Origin: Ylistrum balloti
Taxonomy: Eukaryota
Length of the DNA: 64,000 bases
Assembly (NCBI RefSeq): GCF_031769215.1
Contig: NW_026781985.1
Location: 620,001 to 684,000 of the forward strand
Reading direction: 5' to 3'
In this document: in pieces, positions 13,937 through 26,735 of the stretch
Numbering within the stretch: the first letter of the stretch is position 1
How the letters are laid out: each line of letters begins with the position of its first letter
The notes under the pieces: generated by a model
What the model was told of the DNA's origin: nothing
Database searches by the model: none
The model's input: the letters and a program-made list of their open reading frames with translations, nothing else
Translations under genes and position numbers: made by a program

Positions 13937-14790
13937 CGTTTAATATAGAGAAATATTAGCACTCGATCATCAAGTCGTTACATGGATAGTCTTATACAAA
14001 TCAATGTGTAACCGTATACCAGGCTAGCGATTTCTAGACTTCAGTCTATATAATCCCCGCAGTTATGCATTAGCGTGTGTGTGTATCAAGTAAACAGTTA
14101 GAGATTAAATAATCACACGGGCTATTTAACTCTGTGCTTCGCTCCTCTCTATAGAATCAACAAAGAAAATGAGTAGCCGTACTTTGTGAAAATCTTGATC
14201 CGGATAATACTGACACATTTCTTGTGATTTTTTCTCTCCAGAACTCTAAGTGGACGTAACACTGCCTCAAGGACAACTTTGGACGGTCGGATTTACTACT
14301 ACATTTAAGGTTGTGGAGAGCGAGAGAGGCTTAAGTACTTTCGATTCGTCCCAGTGAATGGCTACATTGGTAGAGTGACGAGTGGTGGGCCAGTGGACGG
14401 TATGGTTGGCAAGGCAGGTTGGACATTCATCACCATTATATTGTCAGTAACACTGTGATGTGATCAAATACCCGAGACGTTAATTTATTGTGAATAACTT
14501 ACCGGAGGAATGATTGTAAATGTTTGCCCATTTGATCAAACAAATGTTTTAATAGATCTGTGAACGTTTATCGCAGTAGTCCGGCTTGTTCAATAATCCT
14601 GATTTAAAGGGCACACGCGATAGTGTGTACAAAGTGTTTAGCTTGTTGATGGAACGTGTTAAAGTCACCTACTAGAGTTACCCAACGTTCTTGTTGGGAC
14701 GTCACCGCGGGCACAACAGTGTTACAGTGACAAAATATCGACTGATGCTGGGAGTATCGCTCGGTGTTAGAACAAATAAGTTGTGATACA

Positions 14791-16287
14791 ATGGGACCAT
14801 TTCAAGACCAGAATCAGATGATGGAATTTTTAGACGAGTCGACCGGTGGATCGTCTCTCAGAGACAGTCCAAATATGTTTGAAGAGGAACAGTTGAGACT
14901 TGAGTCGGCTTTTTCCGAGGTCAGCTTTGGTGATGACTGTACAGACGAAGGTCGTTTGTCTCGTGCTTTACAATCGTGGATGCCGGATCATCAGTTCTCA
15001 AGTATCAAACCGATGGAGAAACCCCCACTGCAGCCAATCTATAGCGGACGTCTGGGTGAACACCAGCATCTAAAACGGTCCTCTAGCGAGGATTCCATCG
15101 TCACTAAACTCTCCTTATTCTCTTGCTCCTCTGGTCAGAACAAGGAAGAGGAAGAAGTAGCAGCCATTCGGAAAAGAAGAAAGAAGAAAAAGACAGTCGC
15201 TTCGACAGTAAAGGACGAGGATGTCCTTACGTGGGAAAAACTCAATGTGATTTACAGAAATAAAAGTGGAGCGTTCTCGAGCTTCATGAAGACACGGAAT
15301 GCGATAACCATGGATACATTTACGGGTCAAGAAACAAAGGAATCGGACATACAACAACTGTTGGATCCAGTGGAAAAAGTCGCCATGGCACGCGTCGGGA
15401 GAACTGAAGGAATTCATCTCACATCCGATATCAAAAAAAGTGGCAGTATGACGAATATTGACGAATCTTCTTCACCAATGGTCGTACCAACATCCAGAGC
15501 CAAAGCGCCCCGAGTGGGATCCGCAGGTACGAAACCAACAAGTAAAGCTATCAATCTGGAGGAAATACGACAACAACAGGTAAATGAGAAACTAGCTCAG
15601 TTACAAAAGGCTCGAAATAAGAGGTCATTGGCGTTAAGAAAAAGGGCTTCTTTAGGTAATATTCAAAGGAAGATGTCTTTAGTATCCGATGTTAGTTCTG
15701 ATTTTGGTCCAAACACCTCTTCGGCACGGTCATTATCACCGGAACCGGAAGAAAGGGTATCGGTGTGGAAAGGGGATAGGGAAATATTGGAAATGGATTT
15801 ACGGAGGGGACTGACAGAACGTGCAACGATGAGAATAAAAAGTACGACCGCAGCTTTGGAGCGTGTGACTGGCTTCGGAGAGGATAACGAGTTCCAGCGT
15901 ACTGTTGGAAGACACGAAGAATTTCCATTACACGTAACAGATGACTACGGCCTCCACCCAAAAATAGTGCAGAGGATTCGAATATCTCCACAGCTAAGCA
16001 ATGTGATACAAACTGACATCAAAGTGAGAATGGGTCGGCCGAGATATCACGAGATTCGGGTCAGGGACATGGAGATTTGGAATCGAGGTCAGAGACTTGA
16101 CCGCGGTCACACTAACCTTAAGGTTTTTAACTGGTTACATAGTCTACGTGAGGACCTCTTTGAAAAAGACATAGAATCTACATCGGATACAAATGTACCT
16201 TCTCGCCATGAAAAACTGGGAATTCTTCACGTGGAGTCGGCGGACGAGCCGGACGTCAAGCCTCTGTACCTGAAAACGTTTAGATAA
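14791..16287 (+). CDS. Uncharacterised protein, 498 aa, single coding exon
   Basis: Non-repetitive 1.5 kb ORF with higher GC than its flanks. First ATG at 14791 (in-frame stop at 14743). Exon acceptor at 14241, AATAAA at 16484. Basic NLS-like RKRRKKKK, coiled-coil-like LEEIRQQQVNEKLAQLQK, globular-looking C-terminus (MGRPRYHEI...NLKVFNWL). No family recognised. Confidence 0.85.
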   Translation: MGPFQDQNQMMEFLDESTGGSSLRDSPNMFEEEQLRLESAFSEVSFGDDCTDEGRLSRALQSWMPDHQFSSIKPMEKPPLQPIYSGRLGEHQHLKRSSSEDSIVTKLSLFSCSSGQNKEEEEVAAIRKRRKKKKTVASTVKDEDVLTWEKLNVIYRNKSGAFSSFMKTRNAITMDTFTGQETKESDIQQLLDPVEKVAMARVGRTEGIHLTSDIKKSGSMTNIDESSSPMVVPTSRAKAPRVGSAGTKPTSKAINLEEIRQQQVNEKLAQLQKARNKRSLALRKRASLGNIQRKMSLVSDVSSDFGPNTSSARSLSPEPEERVSVWKGDREILEMDLRRGLTERATMRIKSTTAALERVTGFGEDNEFQRTVGRHEEFPLHVTDDYGLHPKIVQRIRISPQLSNVIQTDIKVRMGRPRYHEIRVRDMEIWNRGQRLDRGHTNLKVFNWLHSLREDLFEKDIESTSDTNVPSRHEKLGILHVESADEPDVKPLYLKTFR

Positions 16288-16646
16288 TGTTTGGATGTAT
16301 GGTGTTTTAAATGTAATGTAATTTTAAACAAGGCGTGAAATACCATGTGAACATGAACACGTGACTTTCTTTATACTCCAGTTTGCGGATACACGTGACC
16401 GGATGGTCGTTACTGCTGGAGTGCTTAATGATTTATTTGATATATTCGACCTTCTAAAACAATGCCGACATTATTGCCAGTGAAATAAAGGAGTTTATCA
16501 TTGTGATAAAACATTATATCGTATTTACCAATGATGATATATCTGTTAAAATTTGTACAAGTCAAAGCGATGTTTTCTACTCGTTGCATTAAATCTGAAT
16601 TTTCTGTCCGGACGTCATAATGAATTAGTTTTTCGTCAAATCATTT

Positions 16647-17462
16647 ATAGGATAACTAATGTGTGTGGATCATACCACAGTACAGTTACAGGATAACTGA
16701 TGTGTGTGGATCATAACACAGTGTAGGTATAGGATAACTAATGTGTGTGGATCATACCACAGTACATTTACAGGATAACTGATGTGTGTGGATCATAACA
16801 CAGTGTAGGTATAGGATAACTAATGTGTGTGGATCATAACACAGTACAGTTACAGGATAACTAATGTGTGTGGATCATAACACAGTACAGTTACAGGATA
16901 ACTGATGTGTGTGGATCATAACACAGTACAGTTACAGGATAACTAATGTGTGTGGATCATAACACAGTACAGTTACAGGATAACTGATGTGTGTGGATCA
17001 TAACACAGTACAGTTACAGGATAACTGATGTGTGTGGATCATAACACAGTGTAGATATAGGATAACTGATGTGTGTGGATCATAACACAGTACAGTTACA
17101 TGATAACTGATGTGTGTGGATCATAACACAGTACAATTACAGAATAACTGATGTGTGTGGATCATAACACAGTACAGTTACAGGATAACTGATGTGTGTG
17201 GATCATAACACAGTACAGTTACAGGATAACTGATGTGTGTGGATCATAACACAGAACAGTTACAGGATAACTAATGTGTGTGGATCATAACACAGTGTAG
17301 ATATAGGATAACTGATGTGTGTGGATCATAACACAGTGTAGATATAGGATAACTGATGTGTGTGGATCATAACACAGTACAGTTACAGGATAACTGATGT
17401 GTGTGGATCATAACACAGTACAGTTACAGGATAACTAATGTGTGTGGATCATAACACAGTGT
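16647..17462. repeat. 41 bp minisatellite (~20 copies)
   Basis: caggataactgatgtgtgtggatcataacacagtacagtta. Confidence 0.95.
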
Positions 17463-17481
17463 AACTTAGGGTAACTAGGAT

Positions 17482-19400
17482 AACAAAGAAAGAAGTTGAC
17501 AGTAACGCTGATGACAAAGAAGTTGACATTGACGCTGATGACAAAGAAGTTGACATTGACGCTGATGACAAAGAAGTTGACATTGACGCTGATGACAAAG
17601 AAGTTGACAGTGACATTGACGCTGATGACAAAGAAGTTGACATTGACGCTGATGGCAAAGAAGTTGACAATGACGATGATGACAAAGAAGTTGACATTGA
17701 CGCTGATGACAAAGAAGTTGACAGTAACGCTGACGACAAAGAAGTTGACACTGACGCTGATGACAAAGAAGTTGTCAGTGACGCTGATGACAATGAAGTT
17801 GACAATAACGCTGATGAGAAAGAAGTTGACATTGACGGTGATGACAAAGAAGTTGACATTGACACTGACGCTGATGACAAAGAAGTTGACATTGACGCTG
17901 ATGACAAAGAAGTTGACAGTGACATTGACGCTGATGACAAAGAATTTGACATTGACGCTGATGACAAAGAAGTTGACAATGACGATGACGACAAAGAAGT
18001 TGACACTGACGCTGATGACAAAGAAGTTGTCAGTGACGCTGATGACAATGAAGTTGACAATAACGCTGATGAGAAAGAAGTTGACATTGACGGTGATGAC
18101 AAAGAAGTTGACATTGACACTGACGCTGATGACAAAGAAGTTGTCAGTGACGCTGACTACAAAGAAAGAAGTTGACAGTAACGATGATAACAAAGAGGTT
18201 GACATTGACGCTGATGACAAAGAAGTTGACATTGACGCTGATGACAAAGAAGTTGACAGTGACATTGACGCTGATGACAAAGAAGTTGACAGTAACGCTG
18301 ATGAAAAAGAAGGTGACATTGACGCTGATGACAAAGAAGTTGACAGTAACGCTGATGAGAAAGAAGTTGACATTGACGCTGATAACAAAAAAGTTGACAG
18401 TGTAGCTGATAACAAAAAAGTTGAAATTGACGCTGAAGACAAAGAAGTTGACATTGACGCTGATGACAAAGAAGTTGACATTGACGCTGATGACAAAGAA
18501 GTTGACATTGACGCTGATGACAAAGAAGTTGACATTGACGCTGATGACAAAGAAGTTGACAGTAACGCTGATGACAAAGAAGTTGACATTGACGCTGATG
18601 ACAAAGAAGTTAACAGTGACGCTGATGACAAAGAAGTTGACAGTGACGCTGATGACAAAGAAGTTGACATTGACGCTGATGACAAAGAAGATTGACGCTG
18701 ACTGATGACAAAGAAGTTGACAACGCTGATGACAAAGAAGTTGACAGTAACGCTGATGACAAAGAAGTTGACATTGACGCTGATGACAAAGAAGTTGTTG
18801 ACGCTGATGACAAAGAAGTTGACAGTAACGCTGATGACAAAGAAGTTGACAGTAACGCTGATGAAAAAGAAGGTGACATTGACGCTGATGACAAAGAAGT
18901 TGATAATGACGCTGATGACAAAGAAGTTGACATTGACGCTGGTGACAAAGAAAGAACATTGACGCTGATGACAAAGAAGTTGACAGTAACGCTGATGAGA
19001 AAGAAGTTGACATTGACGCTGATAAAAATTAAGTTGTCAAAAAAGTTGAAATTGACGCTGAAGACAAAGAAGTTGACATTGACGCTGATGACAAAGAAGT
19101 TGACATTGACGCTGATGACAAAGAAGTTGACATTGACGCTGATGACAAAGAAGTTGACAGTAACGCTGATGACAAAGAAGTTGACATTGACGCTGATGAC
19201 AAAGAAGTTAACAGTAACGCTGATGACAAAGAAGTTGACATTGACGCTGATGACAAAGAAGTTGACATTGACGCTGATGACAAAGAAGTTGACAATGACG
19301 CTGACTACAAAGAAAGAAGTTGACAGTAACGCTGATGACAAAGAAGTTAACAGTAACGCTGATGACAAAGAAGTTGACAATGACGCTGATGACAAAGAAA
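17482..19400. repeat. 27 bp minisatellite with higher-order ~255 bp duplication
   Basis: gacaaagaagttgacattgacgctgat. Gives DKEVDIDAD / TKKLTLTLM ORFs that swap frame at small indels (~18165, ~18695, ~18950, ~19310). Confidence 0.95.
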
Positions 19401-19427
19401 GTTGTTGCCAGTGACGCTGATGGAAAA

Positions 19428-19650
19428 TGAGGTATTCCATACCTTGACAGATTTATCTGTCCTTTCTAGAGGTATTCCATACCTTGACAGATTTATCTGT
19501 CCTTTCTAGAGGTATTCCATACCTTGACAGATTTATCTGTACCTGTCTAGAGGTATTCCATACCTTGATAGATTTATCTGTACCTTTCTAGATGTATTCC
19601 ATACCTTGATAGATTTATCCGTACCTTTCTAGAGGTATTCCATAGCTTGA
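19428..19650. repeat. 40 bp minisatellite (~5.5 copies)
   Basis: gaggtattccataccttgacagatttatctgtcctttcta. Confidence 0.9.
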
Positions 19651-19651
19651 C

Positions 19652-20291
19652 AGGTCTATAACAGATCGTTATGATACAGAGTCTATCATGAGCTTAGATC
19701 TGTCATTGTGTCAAGTTCTATAACAGACCGTTATGATACAGAGTCTATCATGAGCTTAGATCTGTCATTGTGTCAAGGTCTATAACAGACCGTTATGATA
19801 CAGAGTCTATCATGAGCTTAGATCTGTCATTGTGTCAAGGTCTATAACAGACCGTTATGATACAGAGTCTATCATGAGCTTAGATCTGTCATTGTGTCAA
19901 GGTCTGTTGTAGGCCGTTATGATACAGAGTCTATCATGAGCTTAGATCTGTCATTGTGTCAAGGTCTATAACAGACCGTTATGATACAGAGTCTATCATG
20001 AGCTTAGATCTGTCATTGTGTCAAGGTCTGTTGTAGGCCGTTATGATACAGAGGCTATCATGAGCTTAGATCTGTCATTGTGTCAAGGTCTGTTGTAGGC
20101 CGTTATGATACAGTCTATCACGAGCTTAGATCTGTCATTGTGTCAAGGTCTGTTGTAGGCCGTTATGATACAGAGTCTATCATGAGCTTAGATCTGTCAT
20201 TGTGTCAAGGTCTGTTGTAGGCCGTTATGATACAGTCTATCATGAGCTTAGATCTGTCATTGTGTCAAGGTCTGTTGTAGGCCGTTATGAG
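19652..20291. repeat. 62 bp minisatellite (~10 copies)
   Basis: ggtctataacagaccgttatgatacagagtctatcatgagcttagatctgtcattgtgtcaa. Confidence 0.95.
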
Positions 20292-21957
20292 ATTGAGTCT
20301 ATCGCGAGGTTTGTAGTGTCAATATCTCATTCTATGCACGGGAAAAGGAATAAATTATTTAAAATCCTATCCCTCCTATCTTTCTTCTGGATCTCTATCC
20401 ATTTCATTTGATGCCCAGCTGCATTGAGTGGGTGATATATAGCATTTCTTTAGTCCGTCTATCTTTCTACACTAGAATTGGAATCAAGATGCGATGTAAG
20501 GGAAGTAACTCATATAGAAAAAAATAAATTAGGTTTAGCCTAGCAAGTGTGTGCCTAAGCGGAAGCTGAGCATTTATTTCATTACGTTTAATTCATTGAT
20601 AAAACATGTCTTCCACATAAATTAATCAATCAATTTTGTGTAAAAGATGTTGCCCACGGGTGTAAAACGTAAAGCCTTGATCAGAAACCTTTGAAATGCG
20701 TTTTATGAAAACAGCAATGGCAGCGTCAACCTTTTTTTTATCTCAAAATTATTCAATTAAATTTCAAGAGTTATAATCACCATACCTGTGTAATCGTTAT
20801 ATTATAAAGGAGCATCTTCGTACAATTTTGCTCTAAGATTTTAAGATAAAGTTGACAATTTATTTGACTTTGTTTTTTAATTTTTCCATTTTTGTGATTT
20901 ATCTCCATATTCAGCCTTATTTCTCATTTGCTTGATAAGCTATCATAACTAAACCTGTAACACACAGTGGACTTATATGGGTATATAACAATCCAGACAT
21001 ACATTTCAGGTTAAAAAAAGTTCACTGAGAATTGGAATTTATCAAGGCATTTAGCTAATCAATAGGGTTTCCGTGTCACTCGATGCGGAGCTTTATTTCT
21101 CTCAAAGTATCAAAACTTTCATAACCAAACTTTGGCATGTATTTACATTATATATGATCATCCTAACGGATTTCAGGATCTGCTTTTCACCTTCACTTTA
21201 CAGTTAATTGGAATTTGTTAATTAATTTGTCTATGTTTAAGTTTTCCGTTTTTCTCGGTGTTGAGCGTTCACCTGACTTTCACCTACAGTTGAACTCGTG
21301 TTGAGCTATATTTCAAAATACACGTCATAACCAAACCCGGAAGACATTCTTTATGCATAGTCAACACTGTGATGAATACATGTACAACATATTTGTTTAA
21401 TCAGGATGATGATATTGATTAGTAGGGACACGTGAGATACGTCTGTTTCTTGTTAGGATACAACCTAACGACAGTTCAATGGTTAAAATAATTCAGTTTG
21501 AGAAAATGCCTTTTTCCCTACAAATTTTGAACATGTTTGGCAGAATTACCAGGTTATAGGGCTTGCAAATCGGTCAGATATGTCACTATAGTGTTAATAT
21601 TTTGAAGTATGACTATTCTCTGGTTATGGAATCTAGTTTAAAGTAAAGTTTTTTTTATTTCTTTACATTTTTGTCGATATAGTAAGTCTATGGACGAAAG
21701 TTTCTTTAAATGTCTACAGTTCAATCAAATATCAAATACAGTGCTGCAGTGTCTGAATGTTCTGATTGGAAGGTGTGTAACTGTGAAACGGATTTTAATG
21801 ATGAAAATAATGGCCTTTTGGAATATCTAATCTTTATTTCAAATGTTTATTGGTGGTTTTGGAAGACCAAAAAGGACAGCTAGGACTTCTAGGTCAATAA
21901 CTGAAGTATTATTATGTATTTCATATACAAAACAATTCAGCTGGGGCGAGATGGACG

Positions 21958-21991
<34 letters not shown>
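21958..21991. repeat. (CAT)n microsatellite
   Basis: Direct observation. Confidence 0.9.
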
Positions 21992-22288
21992 GTTGAGGTT
22001 GTTGTTATTCCTTCTCTATCTATGCTATGTCTTCTAATAGATTTGGTGACTGGAGTAAAAAAAGAGAAGGAATGAAATCAACTTCAAAGACAGGTAAATA
22101 GATATAGATTCTGCAGTCACTGTGGGGTAAATAATCTAGACAGTTGTCACTTGTGTTGAACTTTTAATACTAACGTCATCTTTCACTGATTTCTGGTTGT
22201 AAGGAATTGTTATGCCAATGAATACATATATTAATACTGAAAGTTGATTTTTTTTATCGAAATCTCAAATTTAACCCTGAACTATTAA

Positions 22289-23178
22289 AGAGCCAGACCC
22301 ACTCCTCGACCGATATTATTTTATATAATAAAAATTCATGATTTTCTATATTTCTCGGGTAGCAAAAGTTCTGACTAACCCTGTAATACCGCAATTTTAA
22401 AGTAAATCGCTACCAATCTAACGTAATAAATAGTTTTAAAAAAAGAATTTGAAACGACTCGGTGCTAATTCATAATTATGCGGGAAGTCCTACCCTCTAA
22501 CTCACGCGCAAAGAACTGTAAATAAATCTGCCGTCTTCCAACATGGCAGAAAGCGTGCGAGGGAAGCGGAGAAAAAAACGTGTTTTGGCGGACTCTGAGG
22601 CGAAAAGAAGGAAGATGGCTGTGGCTCTCTCGTGTAGTATCACTCTAAAATCATATTCATAAATACTCTTATCATCCAATATTCGCTTTAGATAGATCCA
22701 TTTCGCGATGTTCTATCTGTTCGTTACCCTTATCGTAGCCCCCATTTGAGGGCCTCTTTCCAATTAATCGTAGCTTTTCTCGTAATCTGCACGTTTTTGT
22801 GTCATATGTAAGCATTGAAAGATGTGATCAATACAAACGTTAGATGATTTCCATACAGGATATATAGAGTATTGATTGCATTTATCGGTAAAATCTCTTT
22901 ACAAGTGATGTCACATGGACGTACTACTCACCTCTTCCTCCAATTTTGTTTTGGTTCTGACCGCGTGTGAACTTTTTACGTGACTTTTCCTCGTCAATAT
23001 TCATATCCTGGTGTTGATTAATGAGACTAATTCCAGCACCGATATCTCCAGTACCCTTTCAATTTCAAGTTCGAAACTTTATACAAGTCTTTATTTATAT
23101 ATTATCTTTTAGTATACAACAACATATGCAGTCAATAAAATATGAAAAAATATCTATAACGGAGTTGGGTCTGGCTCT
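22289..23178. mobile_element. Non-autonomous DNA transposon, Kolobok-type (890 bp)
   Basis: TTAA at 22285-22288 and 23179-23182 flank terminal inverted repeats AGAGCCAGACCC(A)ACTCC / GGAGTTGGGTCTGGCTCT. Purine-purine termini with a TTAA target duplication fit Kolobok rather than piggyBac. Confidence 0.8.
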
Positions 23179-25450
23179 TTAAGTTGTTGACTGTTATTGA
23201 AGGTCTGATACTGAGTCCTCATGTTAGAGTCTCCTGGATGCATCAGGCTAGATGACTGTAGTAAAAAAGTAAGGTTTTTACTTATTTGTTGTCATATTCT
23301 TCAGTGTCAAGGGTACAATTGATAGCAAACTGATCAGATTGATTACAATCAATAATGAAAAATTAATCTAGTGAAAAATAAAGAAAACAATTATTAATAA
23401 CTAAACTGAACATTATGTGCAAACAGTACATATATAAATACAGCTGTGTAACAAAACACGAGTGACATAAAGTAGTTTTCTATCACGTTAGAACTAACTT
23501 GATATACACACACCTTGATTACATTTAACCCTTTGGTGTCATAAGTGACTACCTCTCGTATATTTTTCAAATGAAAAAGAAATACATGTATAGCAAACGC
23601 TCATCAGGTGAAAAGATCAAAAAGGGTTAATCAACCTGAATTATCACTCAATAGTAATAACATATGTAGATATAACATAAAATTAATTGAGTTTTCATAC
23701 TTAAGATAAAATCCCCCTGTATATATATTGACATCTGTGAATGCTACAAAAACTAACAAAACCTAGTTACTTTCATGTCTACTTTAACAATTCCAGCAGA
23801 AGTATGTGGACCTGCACAGACATCTGTGTGAAATGGCATTTTGTCATTTTGTAAATCAGAGAGAAAAACAATCTGATAGCAATATTTCTAATTTCTGTTT
23901 AGAAAATTCAAGAAAAAAGAGTGCAATCACGTAATGATCCAAGTCGATGTATCATTTGTTACTCTATGCACGCCGATGATACAAGATGTAACCATATCCA
24001 TAACCTGAAACACAACAACAGAAACCCCACAAAGCATCAAGAATATTACTATACTTCATATATCTGAAGAATACAGAGTCATGATTACCTGGGTGGAAAT
24101 AATTGTTACATGTATATACATTTTAAAACACATAACAGGCAAATACAATGTACTGTTGACTGTACCATGAGGAACTTTTTGCATTTCAGCTAAGGAGTAA
24201 TCTTGATCGATATAAGTAAATAATCACAGCCATAGTAATAAACTCTGGCATACTTCAAGGAAGAATGTTCTTTGAAAACGTGTATAGAATATCTAAACTG
24301 TGGTTAAAATTTAAGTCAATTGATAACAGTTAACAATTAAGACTATTGTTGAAAGACAAACCTAATGGAGAAGCCATCTTTGGACTAACAGTAGTTGAAA
24401 TCTGGATTTTCTGGTATACAGTACAGATATTAAAATGGATTAGTTATTTTAAAATCTGCTTTGCATCAACATTTAAGTCAGTTGAAGTTTTTGTTTATTT
24501 TTAACAATGGGAATAGATAAATGATATGTAGGAATAAACTGAAATAGAAAAATACATAACCTACAACAATACATTAATGTAGCTGGTTATAGGTTAACTT
24601 TATCTAGGTCTTAATGAAATTTTGAAAAATAGAATAAATTCTCTGAATGAAACTAAACAAATTCAGCTTATGCTGCGTGTAATAAAATCGCTTATTATTT
24701 TTTTTTATTCAACAAACACTCGACTCGTCGTCAGCAAGGATATAAATATAACCAACAGAAAAAACAACAGTCTCTGCTTCAGTTCGTTCTGGTCGATTAG
24801 TCTTTATTTTAAGCTACAGACGAATGCCATTCGTCTGCAATATGTCAAAAACATGGCATTTAATAGAAACACAAATAATAACGCACCTGTAACAAATTAG
24901 AATAAAAGTTTGAGAATGATTAACATTTTGACCATCCTCATACAATTACATTAATGGTCACATCTCACATAGGGTTACATACACATTTGTCCGTTACAAG
25001 TTACACCGAGATACAGTGTGTATTAACATGACCTATGTCAACAGTTATCAGAACAGTGTTAACAAAACTCGCCCTAAGTAAGGTAGACAAGCCATAATAG
25101 CATAAGCCTTCTTCGCTTCACAATAAATCTCGCTGAGATGAACACCTGAGATGGACAAACAATATTTTTCTACAGAAACTTACTATATATGAAAAATACA
25201 AGAATAAAATTCAGTAACTTCCGAGATTCGCACCTCGGCTACGATAATTAAACTACAGCACCAAGACCTTATCCATTATACTATCGCAGACGTTATCAAA
25301 TAGTAATGAAACGAATATACTAATTGACACTTACGATGTAAGTACATATATGTAGATACAGGTAAACGATTAATCAACAGCAGCGATCACAAGGTTAAGT
25401 TGTGTTAACACATACTTTTCTTATTCCAGTTATACTTAAAGTGGCTGCTG

Positions 25451-25663
25451 TGTAAAAATAAAGTTGTTAATTATGAATACTAAGTAGTTTCGTGTTGACA
25501 GATCACAAAACACACAGACTGGCTTTCATGCTCGCTTGATCTCCGTTTACTTCCACTGCGCATGCGCTACTTCCGGCAATACTCTCACCCCTTGCATACT
25601 AGAGGTAAATACTTCCCCCGATAAATCTGATCCCCAGGATACCTTCACTACACTCCTCCCAAC
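25451..25663 (-). repeat. Polypurine tract and start of putative 3' LTR
   Basis: Minus strand AAAGTTGGGAGGAG|TGTAGTG; LTR starts at 25652. Possible TACA ends at 25451 or 24888, not resolvable without a second LTR. Confidence 0.45.
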
Positions 25664-25929
25664 TTTATGATGAAGTAGTTGATCCCCGGTAGGATACTTC
25701 ACCTGCAGGTACTTCGGAAGATGTCCATGTCCCTGCATGCTGATGTGGGCCAAAAGCCATTGTGATGTTCAACACAATTTGGGAAAATGTCTTAACTAAA
25801 TGTGTCCTGGGCAACAAGCCACATCAGAGTATCAGAGTGTAGCAAAAAGCCTTGTGCTCTGATGTCTGTCCTTTCCTCCTGGACCAAGCATCAGGTCTTA
25901 GGTACAGATCGTGTACTTCAGGCGACTGC

Positions 25930-26735
25930 TCACTGTTGATTGAATAGTCTCCTGGCATTCTCGGCTGATGTCTTCAGAAGGACATTCACATGGATCTGTC
26001 GAATTGGAGCAATTATCTCCACCACTGAATATAGCTGATTCGGAGCAACATTTGACCTGCTCCCACAAAATATGGGGCATCTGTCTCCACAAACGATCTT
26101 GTCTGCCGTAACTGCTTTCAGGGCACGAATCCGTGGGCCGGAGAAAGACTGGACCATGCGGGTAAATCCAAGGTACAGGTTGGGAAACTCTGCTGACCAC
26201 TGGCTAAGGACATACTCGTCTCCAGAGAAGCAATGCAAGTATATCCTCTGATCAGCAGGTACATTCTTCTTCACAAGGTGCAACAGCAACACGCAGACCT
26301 CTGTCCCGGTATCACCTGGCATTCCACATACATTGTAGCACCAAGGAGTGTCGTACCCGCAGTAGGTCCATCTGTTCTGGCGAGCGCCTTCGTGGCTCTG
26401 TCTGGTCCAAACCCACCTCACCTATTGCAGTGACTCTTCTTAGCCAAGAAAGCTCCTTTAACTTCCGGAAAGAGTCATCTTCGTCTTTCTGGTGACGGAA
26501 ATGGTGTTTGGGGTGGAGTCCTACATCAACTACCATATCCTCTGGAAGGTCAAGAAGACTCCGCCCGGTCGGATAGGTATAGGGATAACAGAAGGACACA
26601 CACGACCCAACCAGGTCAAGTTCCTTCCCACTCTCCACAGCTGTTCCCGCCAAAACATATTCAAATGATGTTCCCTGGGACAGGCCCATAGCCTTGATGA
26701 TGCGATCGGGATGGAAGTGTGCATCAAATGCTACA
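25930..26735 (-). pseudogene. TatD-family metal-dependent DNase domain, frameshifted
   Basis: Motifs in correct order over three frames: DAHFHPD (26711-26725), VGLHP, AIGEVGLD, LVLQC (H to Q), LHCFSG, NLYLGFT, VETDAPYF (~26065-26088). Confidence 0.9.

Noticed and set aside
15115-15991. Antisense ORFs of 99-100 aa inside the 498-aa gene
   Set aside because: Expected shadows of a GC-richer coding strand.
17435-19440. ORFs of 228-416 aa (poly DKEVDIDAD, TKKLTLTLM, SSASMSTSL)
   Set aside because: 27 bp repeat read in different frames, with frequent frame switches and no start or signal context.
25547-25753. 68-aa ORF after TatD
   Set aside because: It spans the PPT/LTR junction and is likely incidental.
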